This document shows positions 38,966-48,830 of a DNA stretch of 64,000 nucleotides, piece by piece; positions within the stretch are counted from its first letter, which is position 1, and each line of letters begins with the position of its first letter. The translations under genes and the position numbers were made by a program. Below the pieces are notes generated by a model that was not told where the DNA came from, did no database searches, and saw only the letters and a program-made list of their open reading frames with translations. Origin of the DNA: Vulcanimicrobiota bacterium (GTDB lineage Bacteria; Vulcanimicrobiota; Vulcanimicrobiia; Vulcanimicrobiales; Vulcanimicrobiaceae); contig CAVTCS010000003.1 in assembly GCA_963733295.1 (NCBI GenBank), forward strand, positions 2,208,001-2,272,000, read 5' to 3'.

Positions 38966-39877
38966 TCAGGTACCGCGGACGGCGAGGAGTTCTTCGGGGC
39001 GCAGCGTGCGCAAGTCGAGTCCGGGCATCGCCGAGGAATCCTTGGCGATACGCCGGCAAGCTTCGAGAACGATTTCGGGTTTGTCGAAATGCGTCGTAGC
39101 GTCGACGATCGCGCGCGCGAACGTCTTTGGGTCGTTCGATTTGAAGATGCCGCTGCCGACGAAAACTCCCTCGGCGCCGAGTTGCATCATGAGCGAGGCG
39201 TCGGCCGGAGTCGCGATTCCGCCGGCGCAAAATAAGACGACCGGTAACCGTTTGTCGCGCGCGACTTCGCGCACGAGTTCGAGCGGCGCACCGAGATCGC
39301 GAGCTCGCGCGACCAACTCCTCAGGCGGAACGGCCGAAAGTTCGGCGATTCCGTCGCGAATGGCGCGCATGTGGCGCACCGCTTCGACGATGTTGCCGCT
39401 GCCCGCTTCGCCCTTGCTGCGAATCATCGCCGCACCTTCGGCGATGCGCCGCAGCGCTTCACCGAGATCGCGCGCACCGCAAACGAACGGCACCGCGAAG
39501 GGATGCTTGTCGATGTGATACTTGTCGTCGGCCGGCGTCAAGACTTCCGATTCGTCGATGTAGTCGATGCCGAGTGCGGCCAGCGTCTGAGCCTCGGCGA
39601 AGTGGCCGATGCGCGCCTTTGCCATCACCGGAATCGTCACGGCATCCATGATCTCGGCGACCAAGTTCAGATTGCTCATGCGAGCGACGCCGCCGGCCGC
39701 ACGGATGTCGGCCGGGATCCGCTCGAGCGCCATAACTGCGACCGCGCCCGCTTCCTGCGCGATCAGAGCGTGCTCGGGCGTCACGACGTCCATGATCACG
39801 CCGCCCTTGAGCATCTGGGCCAACCCGCGTTTGACCGCAGGCGTGCCGGTCTGCGCTCCGTTCGGACCCTTTTCCAC
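38966..39877 (-). CDS. pdxS: PLP synthase lyase subunit
   Basis: [37 protein letters not shown]. Confidence 0.97.
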   Translation of the reverse strand: MEKGPNGAQTGTPAVKRGLAQMLKGGVIMDVVTPEHALIAQEAGAVAVMALERIPADIRAAGGVARMSNLNLVAEIMDAVTIPVMAKARIGHFAEAQTLAALGIDYIDESEVLTPADDKYHIDKHPFAVPFVCGARDLGEALRRIAEGAAMIRSKGEAGSGNIVEAVRHMRAIRDGIAELSAVPPEELVARARDLGAPLELVREVARDKRLPVVLFCAGGIATPADASLMMQLGAEGVFVGSGIFKSNDPKTFARAIVDATTHFDKPEIVLEACRRIAKDSSAMPGLDLRTLRPEELLAVRGT

Positions 39878-39946
39878 CCGGTCTCCTTCTCGACGAGCCT
39901 TCGCTAACAGTCTACCAGAGCTATGACCCGGCGCAGCCGCGAAAGG

Positions 39947-40390
39947 TTAAGGAGTGGGTGCGGCCGTTTCGGCGGAGTCGGTCGGCTCCGGGTCGGTCGA
40001 GGTCTCGCCTGGGTAATGGCTGACGATCGGGATCGGCAGCGGCGGCGAAGTGTAGGGCTGTTGCTGGTGCGCGCTCGTCGGACTTGGGGAGGGGCTCGGC
40101 GTAACCCGCCGGGGCGGCGGTGGCGGCGGCGGAGCCGGTGTCACCCGAGGGTCCGGGAACCCGGGGTCGGTCGCGACCGCCATGACCTGCGTGCGCTTCC
40201 AGGCGGTGCCGGCTTGCGCGTCCGTTGCGGTCGCCTCGGGCGCGGGAGTCGAGCTGGCCGCGAATTGGGGAATACGCTCCGCAACCTGCGACACGACCCG
40301 GCTCCCCATGCCGTTCCCGAGCGCCAGCGCGATGAGGAGCGTCGCCGCGCCCATCAGCAAGACCGTCGAAAGGTTTGTCCGGCGGCGCAT
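39947..40390 (-). CDS. Hypothetical membrane-anchored proline-rich protein
   Basis: MRRRTNLSTVLLMGAATLLIALALG then Pro/Thr-rich tail; TGATG overlap with upstream gene. Confidence 0.65.
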   Translation of the reverse strand: MRRRTNLSTVLLMGAATLLIALALGNGMGSRVVSQVAERIPQFAASSTPAPEATATDAQAGTAWKRTQVMAVATDPGFPDPRVTPAPPPPPPPRRVTPSPSPSPTSAHQQQPYTSPPLPIPIVSHYPGETSTDPEPTDSAETAAPTP

Positions 40391-42840
40391 CAAGCCGGCG
40401 TTTCGACCAGCGCCGCGCCGGTCAAGTCGGGTGACGCCGGCAGCGTCTCGCGATCGAGCGGATGTCCCGCGAACGTTACTTCGACCAAATCGCCCGCTGC
40501 GATGCGCTTGCGCAAGACCCGGCCGCGAAATTCGAGCGTCGTGTCGCGCGCCTCGTCGAACAGGTTGCACAAGAAAACGCGAACGGCACCGGCCTCGTCC
40601 TCGAACGCAACCGCGCCGACCTCGATCGGCGAGGTCGAGACTTCGCCGCTCACGTCGGTACCCGCATAAACGCAGCGGTACGGCTCCTCGGCCGAAGCTT
40701 CCCGCATATCGCCGAAGATCAGCTTGCGCTTCACGTCGACGACGTAGGTGCAACGCCGCGCTCCCCAATGCACGCGAACGCCCGCCGACCAGTGCCAGCC
40801 GATCGGGAGTTGCGGCGAGAGATGCGGCCGCCCGCTGGTTCGATATCCGTCGAGTCCGCCGACCGTTTCGGCCACTGCCCACAGGTACTTCGCGCTGGTC
40901 CAGGGCGAGAGATACATTCCTCGATTGGTCAGCGAGCCGCCGTCGAACCACTCCGCAAATTGACCGGGAACGGTGTTGCGCGAAGCGCCCGCTTCCATCG
41001 TCGCGTAAACGCGCTCGAGCCACACCGCCGATTCTTCGATGAAACCGTTGCGGGCCAGCGCAATCGCGAACCACAGCGAAAGGTCCGGCCAGACCCCGCC
41101 CAGCAAGCCGAAGCCGTGCGAGGGAAAGTACCACGAGTCCGCCGTGGAGATCGTACGCAACCCGACCGGCGTTACGAAATCCGGTTCGAGCAGTCGACGC
41201 AAGATCGCACGGCGCTGCTCCGGGCCGGCAACGCCGAAGAGCACCGGAAAGACTTCGTCGGCCGTGAAGTTGTCCTGATAGTTGTGGTCCTTATCGTAGT
41301 TGAGGACGAACGCACCGGTATCGGCGTTGAACAGGTGCGTCATCATCTTCTCGCGCAGTGCCGAAGCCTCGCGCGCGTAGGTCTCCCAGTGCGCGTGGTC
41401 CCCTGCGACGGCGCACAGCATCGCCGCCGCTTCGAGTGCGAAGACTGCTTCGGCGTTGATCTCCGTGACCGCACCGTCGAGCGTGTAGTACGGGATGATG
41501 TTGCGCCACGAACTGATGCCGTACATGTCGACGCCTTTGGCGTTGCAGTAGATCAACCCGTTTTCGTCGCGCTGGGAGAGCAAGTAGTCCGCGACCTTCA
41601 CGATCAGCGGCAACAGTCCGTCGACCCACGCCTCGTCGAGCGTCGCGTTGTAGTGGTGCAGGATCGCGATGAGATGCAGGGGCGTGTCGTCGTTGATGTT
41701 CAAGTCGTACGACGTCTTGAAGCCGGTCACGCCACGGACGTACTCCACGACCTGACCGGACGGCTCGACGGCGCGGTTGAAGACCTCGAGCGCGTCGCGG
41801 CTGAAACCCGGTAAGAAGTAATCGAATCCGTGCACGAACCACGAGGTGTCGCGCGAAACGAGGATGTCGGAGGGCGGCGAGTTCGTCGAACCCCAACCTT
41901 GCGGATACTCCTTGATGACGCGCAGCATGTTGCACTTGGCCCAGACGACGCCGCGGCTGACCACCGGCGAGGGTACCATGAAGCGTGCGTCGGTCAGCGC
42001 GCGCGCGTAATAGCGCTGCGTTTCGTGCAACGCTCGCGGATCGCGCAAGAGGTCGTCGAACATCGGGCGCGAGTACTCGTCACCGCGCCGGTCGAAAACG
42101 ATCGCGAGACGCAACGACTCGCGCGCGCCCGGCGCGACGGTCACGCGGTACTCGGCAGCTCCGAAGATCCGGCCGCTGACGTACTCGGCCAGAGCCGGCG
42201 TCACTTCCTCGAGGTGGCCCTCGTCGCGCAACACGCCGCGCTTCATTCCCGCCAGCAGCACTTGCTCGCGCAGCGACACGACGACCGCGTGAGGCGCACG
42301 CGATCCGCCCCACCAGCGCGACGCACCGGTCTCGCCGTTCCAAATCCGCAGGTTCGGCCCGTCGATCGCAGCGTGAACTTCCTTCTCAGGTTCGCCGTAG
42401 AAGCGTTGACCGACCAGCAAGGCCCATGGAAAGATCGCGGCATCGACCGGTTCGCGACTCGAGTTGAGCATCGTCACCTCGATGACGAACGCGACCGCGC
42501 GGTCGTGTTTGGGGCCGTGCGGAACGTAAAAGCACTCCGTTACGAGCAGACGCTCGTCGAGCGCGAACTCCGAAATCTGCGCGTACGGAAGAAACGTAAA
42601 CTCCCGCTGAATACGATAGGGAAAGATGGTGCGGCCCCGGTCGCGCAGCCGGTACGCGATCTGGTGCGTCCCGAAAATGATTTGGTCGGTATCGGCGTCC
42701 CACAATCCGCGGATCCCGCCCTTGGGCGTGCTCGACGCGAACGTCTTGAAGTTTCCGAGGGTCATCCCGAACGGCGTCTCGGTTTCCCGTAACACGTAGG
42801 CGCAGAATTCGTTGTGCTGAGCGTCGTAGCTGGAAACCAC
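40390..42840 (-). CDS. Six-hairpin glycoside hydrolase (amylo-alpha-1,6-glucosidase/GH63-like)
   Basis: 816 aa; SRDTSW, DDTPL, TEINAE, GLRT...GGVWP, FAEWFD pattern of (alpha/alpha)6 hydrolases. Confidence 0.75.
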   Translation of the reverse strand: MVSSYDAQHNEFCAYVLRETETPFGMTLGNFKTFASSTPKGGIRGLWDADTDQIIFGTHQIAYRLRDRGRTIFPYRIQREFTFLPYAQISEFALDERLLVTECFYVPHGPKHDRAVAFVIEVTMLNSSREPVDAAIFPWALLVGQRFYGEPEKEVHAAIDGPNLRIWNGETGASRWWGGSRAPHAVVVSLREQVLLAGMKRGVLRDEGHLEEVTPALAEYVSGRIFGAAEYRVTVAPGARESLRLAIVFDRRGDEYSRPMFDDLLRDPRALHETQRYYARALTDARFMVPSPVVSRGVVWAKCNMLRVIKEYPQGWGSTNSPPSDILVSRDTSWFVHGFDYFLPGFSRDALEVFNRAVEPSGQVVEYVRGVTGFKTSYDLNINDDTPLHLIAILHHYNATLDEAWVDGLLPLIVKVADYLLSQRDENGLIYCNAKGVDMYGISSWRNIIPYYTLDGAVTEINAEAVFALEAAAMLCAVAGDHAHWETYAREASALREKMMTHLFNADTGAFVLNYDKDHNYQDNFTADEVFPVLFGVAGPEQRRAILRRLLEPDFVTPVGLRTISTADSWYFPSHGFGLLGGVWPDLSLWFAIALARNGFIEESAVWLERVYATMEAGASRNTVPGQFAEWFDGGSLTNRGMYLSPWTSAKYLWAVAETVGGLDGYRTSGRPHLSPQLPIGWHWSAGVRVHWGARRCTYVVDVKRKLIFGDMREASAEEPYRCVYAGTDVSGEVSTSPIEVGAVAFEDEAGAVRVFLCNLFDEARDTTLEFRGRVLRKRIAAGDLVEVTFAGHPLDRETLPASPDLTGAALVETPA

Positions 42841-42924
42841 GTCTTACCCCTTCGCAGCGTGGGGAGCGCGGGCATTCCGGAACCGGCATGGGGCAAGCGC
42901 GACCTTCTTGCGAAGTGCGAACCG

Positions 42925-43791
42925 ATGCCCACGCTCCTCGCGCCGGCGAAGCTCAACCTTACGCTCGAGGTCCTATCTCGCCGGGACGACGGCTACCACA
43001 CCCTGCGCAGCGTGATGGTGCCCGTCGGGCTCTATGACCGGATCGACCTCGAACCCGCGAGCCTCCCCAGTTTTCGCTCCAGCGTCGCAAGCGTCGAGCA
43101 AGGCAACCTGATCGAGCGGGCGCTCGAGCGGTCCGGCATCACGCAGCCGCTGGACGTGCGCCTCGACAAGCAGATCCCGGTCGGCGGCGGACTCGGCGGC
43201 GGATCGAGCGACGCCGCCGCAGTTCTGCGCGCGGCGATGTCGGGCGCGTTCGGAGCGCCGGCCGAACTCGACTGGCTCGCGGTCGCGCGCGAGCTCGGTT
43301 CCGACGTGCCCTTCTTTCTAAGCGGCACGGCGGCGCTGGTCGAAGGCACGGGCGAACGTGTCACTGCGCTCGGCGCGCTGCCGGCGTGGTGGACGGTCGT
43401 CGCGCAACCACGCGTCGCCGTCGCGACAGCCGACGCGTATCGCAGGCTCGATGCGGCGCGAGCTACGCCCGCAGCGAGCCGCCCGCGCGCCGAGAGCCGC
43501 TCCCTCGCGACCGTCGACGCGCTCCAGCGCGGCGATCTCGCGGCGCTGCTCGCGAGTCTGGTCAACGACTTTCACGATGTGATCCTCGCCGCGTTTCCCG
43601 AGATCGAGCAAACCGCCACGGCGCTCGAGCGTGCGGGAGCCGGCGTTGCGCTGCTCTCGGGTTCCGGTTCTTGCATCTTCACGCTGTTTGCAGACGAAGA
43701 AGCCGCGCGAGCCTGCGCGGCGCGCGTCGACCCGGCGGCGTACGCTCGGATCTTCGTCGCTCCCTTCCATCACGATCCGGCCTGGCGATGA
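42925..43791 (+). CDS. ispE: 4-diphosphocytidyl-2-C-methyl-D-erythritol kinase
   Basis: APAKLNLTLEV, DGYH, KQIPVGGGLGGGSSDAA, LGSDVPFF, LSGSGS. Confidence 0.95.
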   Translation: MPTLLAPAKLNLTLEVLSRRDDGYHTLRSVMVPVGLYDRIDLEPASLPSFRSSVASVEQGNLIERALERSGITQPLDVRLDKQIPVGGGLGGGSSDAAAVLRAAMSGAFGAPAELDWLAVARELGSDVPFFLSGTAALVEGTGERVTALGALPAWWTVVAQPRVAVATADAYRRLDAARATPAASRPRAESRSLATVDALQRGDLAALLASLVNDFHDVILAAFPEIEQTATALERAGAGVALLSGSGSCIFTLFADEEAARACAARVDPAAYARIFVAPFHHDPAWR

Positions 43792-44534
43792 ACGCGATCG
43801 TCCTAGCCGGCGGACCGCCCGATGCCGTTGCGGCGCTCGCGCCGGGCGTTCCCAACAAGTGCTTCGTGCCGGTGGGCGGGCAAACGCTGGTCGGACGAAC
43901 GCTCGCAGCGCTGCGGAGCGTTCCGCAAGTCGAACGGATCGTCGCGGTCGTGCCGGCGGCCGCGCGTGGCGACGCCGCGCTGGCAGCGGCAGACGAAGTG
44001 CGCGACGACGGTCCGCACATCGGCGACAGTCTGCGCTCCGGTCTCGCAGGGGCGGCGCCCGGGGAGCTCGTTCTCGTGGCAAGCGCGGACTTGCCCGTTC
44101 TGAGCCGCGCGTCGCTCGAGGAATTCCTCGGCCTCGCGCTGCAGGAGCCGGCCGACCTGGTCTACGCTTGCGTCGAGCGCTCGGTTCACCGCGCGCGCTT
44201 CCCGGAGGTGCCGCACACGTGGGCACACCTGCGCGAAGGAACGTTTTGCGGCGGCGGTTGTTTCGCGCTGCGGCCCCGCACCTTTCCGGCGCTCGAACGT
44301 TTTCTCGACCGGCTCGGCTCGGCGCGCAAGAATCCTCTCGAACTGGCCGCGATCTTCGGCTACGACATCCTGGCGCGCTACGCGCTTCGCTCGCTCTCGA
44401 TCGCCGCGGCCGAACGCCGCGCGAGCGAACTGCTCGGCGCAACGGTCCGGGCCGCGGTCTGTTCGCATCCGGAGATCGCGGTGAACGTCGACCGCCCGGG
44501 CGACGTCGCGCTGGCCGAACGCATCCTGAGCTAG
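43788..44534 (+). CDS. MobA-like nucleotidyltransferase family protein
   Basis: MNAIVLAGG...NK, ADLP, NVDRPGD; ATGA overlap with ispE. Confidence 0.85.
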   Translation: MNAIVLAGGPPDAVAALAPGVPNKCFVPVGGQTLVGRTLAALRSVPQVERIVAVVPAAARGDAALAAADEVRDDGPHIGDSLRSGLAGAAPGELVLVASADLPVLSRASLEEFLGLALQEPADLVYACVERSVHRARFPEVPHTWAHLREGTFCGGGCFALRPRTFPALERFLDRLGSARKNPLELAAIFGYDILARYALRSLSIAAAERRASELLGATVRAAVCSHPEIAVNVDRPGDVALAERILS

Positions 44535-45094
44535 GGCTGACTCCAGCGTTTGAAGAGATCGCTCTCGATCCCGAATTGATCGAGCGCCTTGCCGACGGTA
44601 TGCGCGATGATGTCGTCGACGCTCTTGGGCTTGGCATACATGGCTGGAACCGGCGGTAAGATCACGGCACCGATCTCCGCGAGTTGCGTCAGCGTGCGCA
44701 GGTGTCCGAGGTGCAGGGGGGTTTCGCGCACGACGAGGACCAGCCGCCGCCGCTCCTTCAGACACACGTCCGCCGCGCGAACCAAGAGGTTGGAGTTGAA
44801 CGAGTATGCGATGGCTGAGGCCGTCTTCATCGAGCAGGGGATCACCAGCATACCGTCCGTCAAGAACGAACCCGACGAGATGGCGCCCCCCAAATCGTCG
44901 TCGCGATAGACGACGTGCGCCAGCGCTTCGAAGTCGTTTGCGACCGATTCGGTTTCGAGTTCGATCGTGCGCTTCGCTTGGGAGCTGATCACGAGGTGGA
45001 TTTCGACGTCGCCCTGCGCGCGCAAAGCACGCAAGGCGGCCAGCGCGTACGCGCTCCCGCTCGCCCCGCTCACGCCGACGACGAGTTTCCTCAC
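44531..45094 (-). CDS. ubiX: Flavin prenyltransferase
   Basis: VGVSGASG, ISSGSF, PCSMKT, RAADVCLKERR, RETPL. Confidence 0.95.
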   Translation of the reverse strand: MRKLVVGVSGASGSAYALAALRALRAQGDVEIHLVISSQAKRTIELETESVANDFEALAHVVYRDDDLGGAISSGSFLTDGMLVIPCSMKTASAIAYSFNSNLLVRAADVCLKERRRLVLVVRETPLHLGHLRTLTQLAEIGAVILPPVPAMYAKPKSVDDIIAHTVGKALDQFGIESDLFKRWSQP

Positions 45095-45162
45095 AGCACT
45101 CTTGCCTTCCACTTCTACGCTGAGGGTCCCGCGCATCGCGTCACGAAGCTTGCAGCGATGCA

Positions 45163-46596
45163 ATGACGGATGGTTCCAAGGCGGTGAGTCCGCGCCTAGC
45201 GGCGTTCGTGTGCGACGCGGTACGGTACGCAGCGAGCGGTTCGGACGACGACGCGCGACGGCTGCTGCGCGCGCCCTTTTCGGGCGTCCCCCGCGCGGAT
45301 GCCGGCGCGTTGCTGACGATCGCGCGACCGCGCCGCAACCTGCTCGAAACGATCGAGCAAGAACGCGTCCCGTCGGCCCGCGAAGCGCAGCTCGCGAGCC
45401 GGCGCTTCCTCAGGGCGCTCGAACAGCTGCGCGCCGCATTTCGAGCCCAAGGTGCATTGGCGCGCGAGCTCGTCGTAACCGTCGCCGCCCTCTTCGACTT
45501 GCGCGATCCCGGCGCGCGCGCGACGCTCGACTCGCTCGAGCGTGCGGCCGGCGAACTTGACGCGCTCTGCGGCGAGCGGCCCGGCACGTGGAGCGTTCGC
45601 GCACTGTGCGACACGCTCGAGTCGACCGTCGCGGAGAGCACGGGTGAGCCATTTGCGCCGGCGCCGCTTCGAGCGCTCGGTCCGCACGAGCGCGAACCTC
45701 TATATCCGGTGCGAACGCGGCGCGGTCACTTCAGTGCGTCTTCGCTCGGGACGTACGCTCAGTGCGAACGCCAGTGGTACTACAAGTACGTGTGCAGCGC
45801 GGTCGAAGACAAAAGCTCCGCCGCTTCGGTCTACGGCAGCGCCTTCCACTGGGCGCTCGAGCGTTTTCATCAGGAATATCCGCGGGCCGACTCGGCCTCA
45901 CGCGAGACGCTCGCGCGTTCGTTGCAAACCTGGATAGCAACCGCGTTCGAGCGCTTTCGCAGCGGTTTTCCGACCAACGTCGAATACGAACTGCAACGGC
46001 GCCGCGCGCGCCGCACCGCAAGCCTTTATTTGAATTGGTTCTTCGAGCGTGCGCGCAAGGCGCCGTTCGGGGTCGTGGGTACCGAAGCGAGCGTCGAAAC
46101 CGAGCTGGACGGCTACACGTTCGTCGGATACATCGACCGGCTCGATCGCGACGACGCAACCGGCGCGATCACCGTCGTCGATTACAAAACGGGGAATATC
46201 GTCGAGAACGCGGGTGCGTTCCGCTCGAAAGTCGCAAACTTTCTCGACTTTCAGCTTCCCTTCTACTATTGGGCGCGCACCGCGGAAGGCGATCGCGTGA
46301 CGCGGCTGGCGCTGATACCGCTCAAAGATTCGATCCTTGAGGTCCGTCCCGTCGAACTCGAAATCGTACCGGTTGCCGTACCGCGCAGTGGATACGACCC
46401 GGCGACGACGGGCACGATCGGAATCGACGAGCTCGAGCGGGCGCGCGCGCGCATGGTCGAGATCGCGCGCACGCTCAGCGACGAACCGCTGGAGAGATTC
46501 GCCCCTGCACAGGATCCGGAAGCGTGCCTCTATTGCGCGTACGTCAACGCCTGCCGCGAACGGCCGCTGCAGCGCGAAGACCGTTTCGGGCGATGA
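45163..46596 (+). CDS. RecB/AddB-type PD-(D/E)XK nuclease with helical N-terminal region
   Basis: FSASSLGTYAQCERQW, GSAFH, GYIDRLD, VVDYKTG, QLPFY, CLYCAYVNAC. Confidence 0.85.
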   Translation: MTDGSKAVSPRLAAFVCDAVRYAASGSDDDARRLLRAPFSGVPRADAGALLTIARPRRNLLETIEQERVPSAREAQLASRRFLRALEQLRAAFRAQGALARELVVTVAALFDLRDPGARATLDSLERAAGELDALCGERPGTWSVRALCDTLESTVAESTGEPFAPAPLRALGPHEREPLYPVRTRRGHFSASSLGTYAQCERQWYYKYVCSAVEDKSSAASVYGSAFHWALERFHQEYPRADSASRETLARSLQTWIATAFERFRSGFPTNVEYELQRRRARRTASLYLNWFFERARKAPFGVVGTEASVETELDGYTFVGYIDRLDRDDATGAITVVDYKTGNIVENAGAFRSKVANFLDFQLPFYYWARTAEGDRVTRLALIPLKDSILEVRPVELEIVPVAVPRSGYDPATTGTIGIDELERARARMVEIARTLSDEPLERFAPAQDPEACLYCAYVNACRERPLQREDRFGR

Positions 46597-48827
46597 ACCT
46601 TCAGTTGCTCGCGCCTAGCGACGGGCAGCGTCGCGCGCTCGAGTACCCGCTCGACGGCGATCTGCTCGCAGTCACCGGCGCCGCCGGCAGCGGCAAGAGT
46701 GCGGTCTTGCTCGAGCGTGCCGCGCGTGCGGCGGCTAGCGCGCCGGGAGCGGTGTTGCTCGGCGCGGCCACGCGGCGCGGCGTTGCACGCATCCGCGAGG
46801 CCGCATCGGCGGGCGCCGCCTTCGCGACCTGCCGGATCGAAACGCTCGAAACGATCGCGCTCGAGATTCTCGACGAGCGCGCGGCCGCAAGCGGAGCGAA
46901 CCGCCCCGAAATCATCGACGAAGTGCGCGCCGCAGCGCTCTTCCACGCGGTCGGCGCGGAGCTGTTCTCGCTCGAATGGACCGAGCTGCTGGGAGCGGAG
47001 ATCGATCCCGAGATCACCGGCTTGCGCGCGCCGGAGTTCTTTGCCGACGCGGCTTTCCGTCTGATCCGGCGCCTGCGCGCCGCGCTCGTCTCGCCCGCTG
47101 AATTTCGCACGCTTAGCCTGCGCGGCGCAACCGAATTCTACGGCAACCCGCCGAATCTGGCCGACGCCTCGCTGCTGATGGATACGCCTGAGAAATACCG
47201 CGCCTCGCTGCGCGTTTCTCCGGCCGAACTCGAGCGGCAACGCGGGCGTGAGATCGACCTGATCAAAGTGCTGACGCGCTTGTACGAATCGTACGTCGGT
47301 TCGCTCGTGGCGCGCGGTTGCATGACCGAGGTGGACGCCGTCTACGAAGCCACGCGTTTTCTTGGGAGCGAAGCGGACGCGGCCGCTCGAGTGCGTGGGC
47401 GGTTGCGGCACGCGGCAATCGACGACGCGCAAGATCTCAGTACCGGACAGATCGCTCTCTTGAAGGCGATCTACGGCGAACGCCTGGCCGGCGTAACGCT
47501 CGCGGGCGACGCCGCGCAGGAGACGCGCGCATTCGCGGGCGCGCGCGGAAAACAGCTTCTCCGCACGGCAGCGGAGAAGATCGAACTCTGCGAGCAGTAC
47601 CGCTGTCCGCCGGCGATCGTGCGGGTCGCCGAAATCGCGACTAAGGCGTCGCGCGTCCAGCCGCCGCCGGCCGGAGTCTCCGCCGTCGAACTCTACCGTG
47701 CGGACACGTTAGCGGATGAAGCGCGCTACGTCGCCGAAACGATCGCAACGTTGCTCGCGCGAGGCGTCGCGCCCGGACGAATCGCGGTTATTACGCGTAA
47801 CCTGCGCAGCGCACATCCGTTCGCGGGCGCGTTGCTGGCGCGCAACGTCCCGCTGGACGTGGCGGGCGAAGCGAGCCTCTACGAGTTTCCCGCGACTGCG
47901 GACGCGCTCGGCGCGCTTTGGGCTTTTGTGGATCCATACCGTCACGATTGGTTGCTGCGCAACCTCGAGTCACCCTGGTTGAGCCTCTCCGACGCAAGCA
48001 TCGGGGTGCTTTGCGGCGAGGCTTCGGATCCGCAAGAGCTGCTGTTCGACATGCCGAGCGAAGAAGTCGACGAGACGCGCCGGCGTTGGGACCGGCGCCG
48101 CGATCTCCGCCTCGCGCGCAACGTGCTCCGCGGCGACGTCGATGCCGAGTTGCCCGCCGAGGCGCGCGAGCGCCTCGCCGAGTTCCGCGCCGCGCTGTTG
48201 CGCTGGGAACAGCTGGAGCGCAGCCTCACGCTACCGGCGCTGGCACAAACGATCCTCGCCGAGACGACGCTGGCCGCGCTTGCGGGCGACGCGCGCGGAA
48301 ACTTCGCGCGCGCTTGCGTCGTGCGCTTGTTGCGCGAGATCGACGCGTTTGCCCGGCGTCTGCCGCTCGCGACGCTGGGCGACTTTCTCGAATCGGCGGA
48401 GGAAAGCGCGGCCGCGGACGCCGATCTGCTGACGCTCGACCCCGTCGCCGCGAACTGCGTCATGCTCCTCGACGTGGAGGCCGCCAAAGGCCGCGAATAC
48501 GAGCACGTCTTCATCCTCGACGCGCGGGCCGGAGCTTTTCCGCGCTACTACACGCCCGACACGTTCTTGTTCACGCCCAGGTTCGGAATGCTTCCAAAGG
48601 AGAACGTCGGGGACGAAGCGCGCGCTTCACGCACCGCAAAGTTTACCTACGCCCTCCATAGCCTCGACGTTCGCGAGAAGTACAATGAAGAGGAGCGCCG
48701 CGCGTTTGCGTGCGCTGCGCTGCGCGCCCGCGAGCGGCTGTACGTCAGCGCCTCGGGCCGGCCGACCAAAGCACGTTCGACGCCGGAGATTCTCGAAGAG
48801 CTTTTGGCCGCTCGCGCCGGGTCGTAG
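46593..48827 (+). CDS. UvrD/AdnA-like SF1 helicase without nuclease domain
   Basis: GAAGSGKS, IDDAQD, GDAAQ, YRCP, AKGREY, EEERR...RARERLYVS; ATGA overlap with nuclease gene. Confidence 0.85.
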   Translation: MNLQLLAPSDGQRRALEYPLDGDLLAVTGAAGSGKSAVLLERAARAAASAPGAVLLGAATRRGVARIREAASAGAAFATCRIETLETIALEILDERAAASGANRPEIIDEVRAAALFHAVGAELFSLEWTELLGAEIDPEITGLRAPEFFADAAFRLIRRLRAALVSPAEFRTLSLRGATEFYGNPPNLADASLLMDTPEKYRASLRVSPAELERQRGREIDLIKVLTRLYESYVGSLVARGCMTEVDAVYEATRFLGSEADAAARVRGRLRHAAIDDAQDLSTGQIALLKAIYGERLAGVTLAGDAAQETRAFAGARGKQLLRTAAEKIELCEQYRCPPAIVRVAEIATKASRVQPPPAGVSAVELYRADTLADEARYVAETIATLLARGVAPGRIAVITRNLRSAHPFAGALLARNVPLDVAGEASLYEFPATADALGALWAFVDPYRHDWLLRNLESPWLSLSDASIGVLCGEASDPQELLFDMPSEEVDETRRRWDRRRDLRLARNVLRGDVDAELPAEARERLAEFRAALLRWEQLERSLTLPALAQTILAETTLAALAGDARGNFARACVVRLLREIDAFARRLPLATLGDFLESAEESAAADADLLTLDPVAANCVMLLDVEAAKGREYEHVFILDARAGAFPRYYTPDTFLFTPRFGMLPKENVGDEARASRTAKFTYALHSLDVREKYNEEERRAFACAALRARERLYVSASGRPTKARSTPEILEELLAARAGS

Positions 48828-48830
48828 ACC

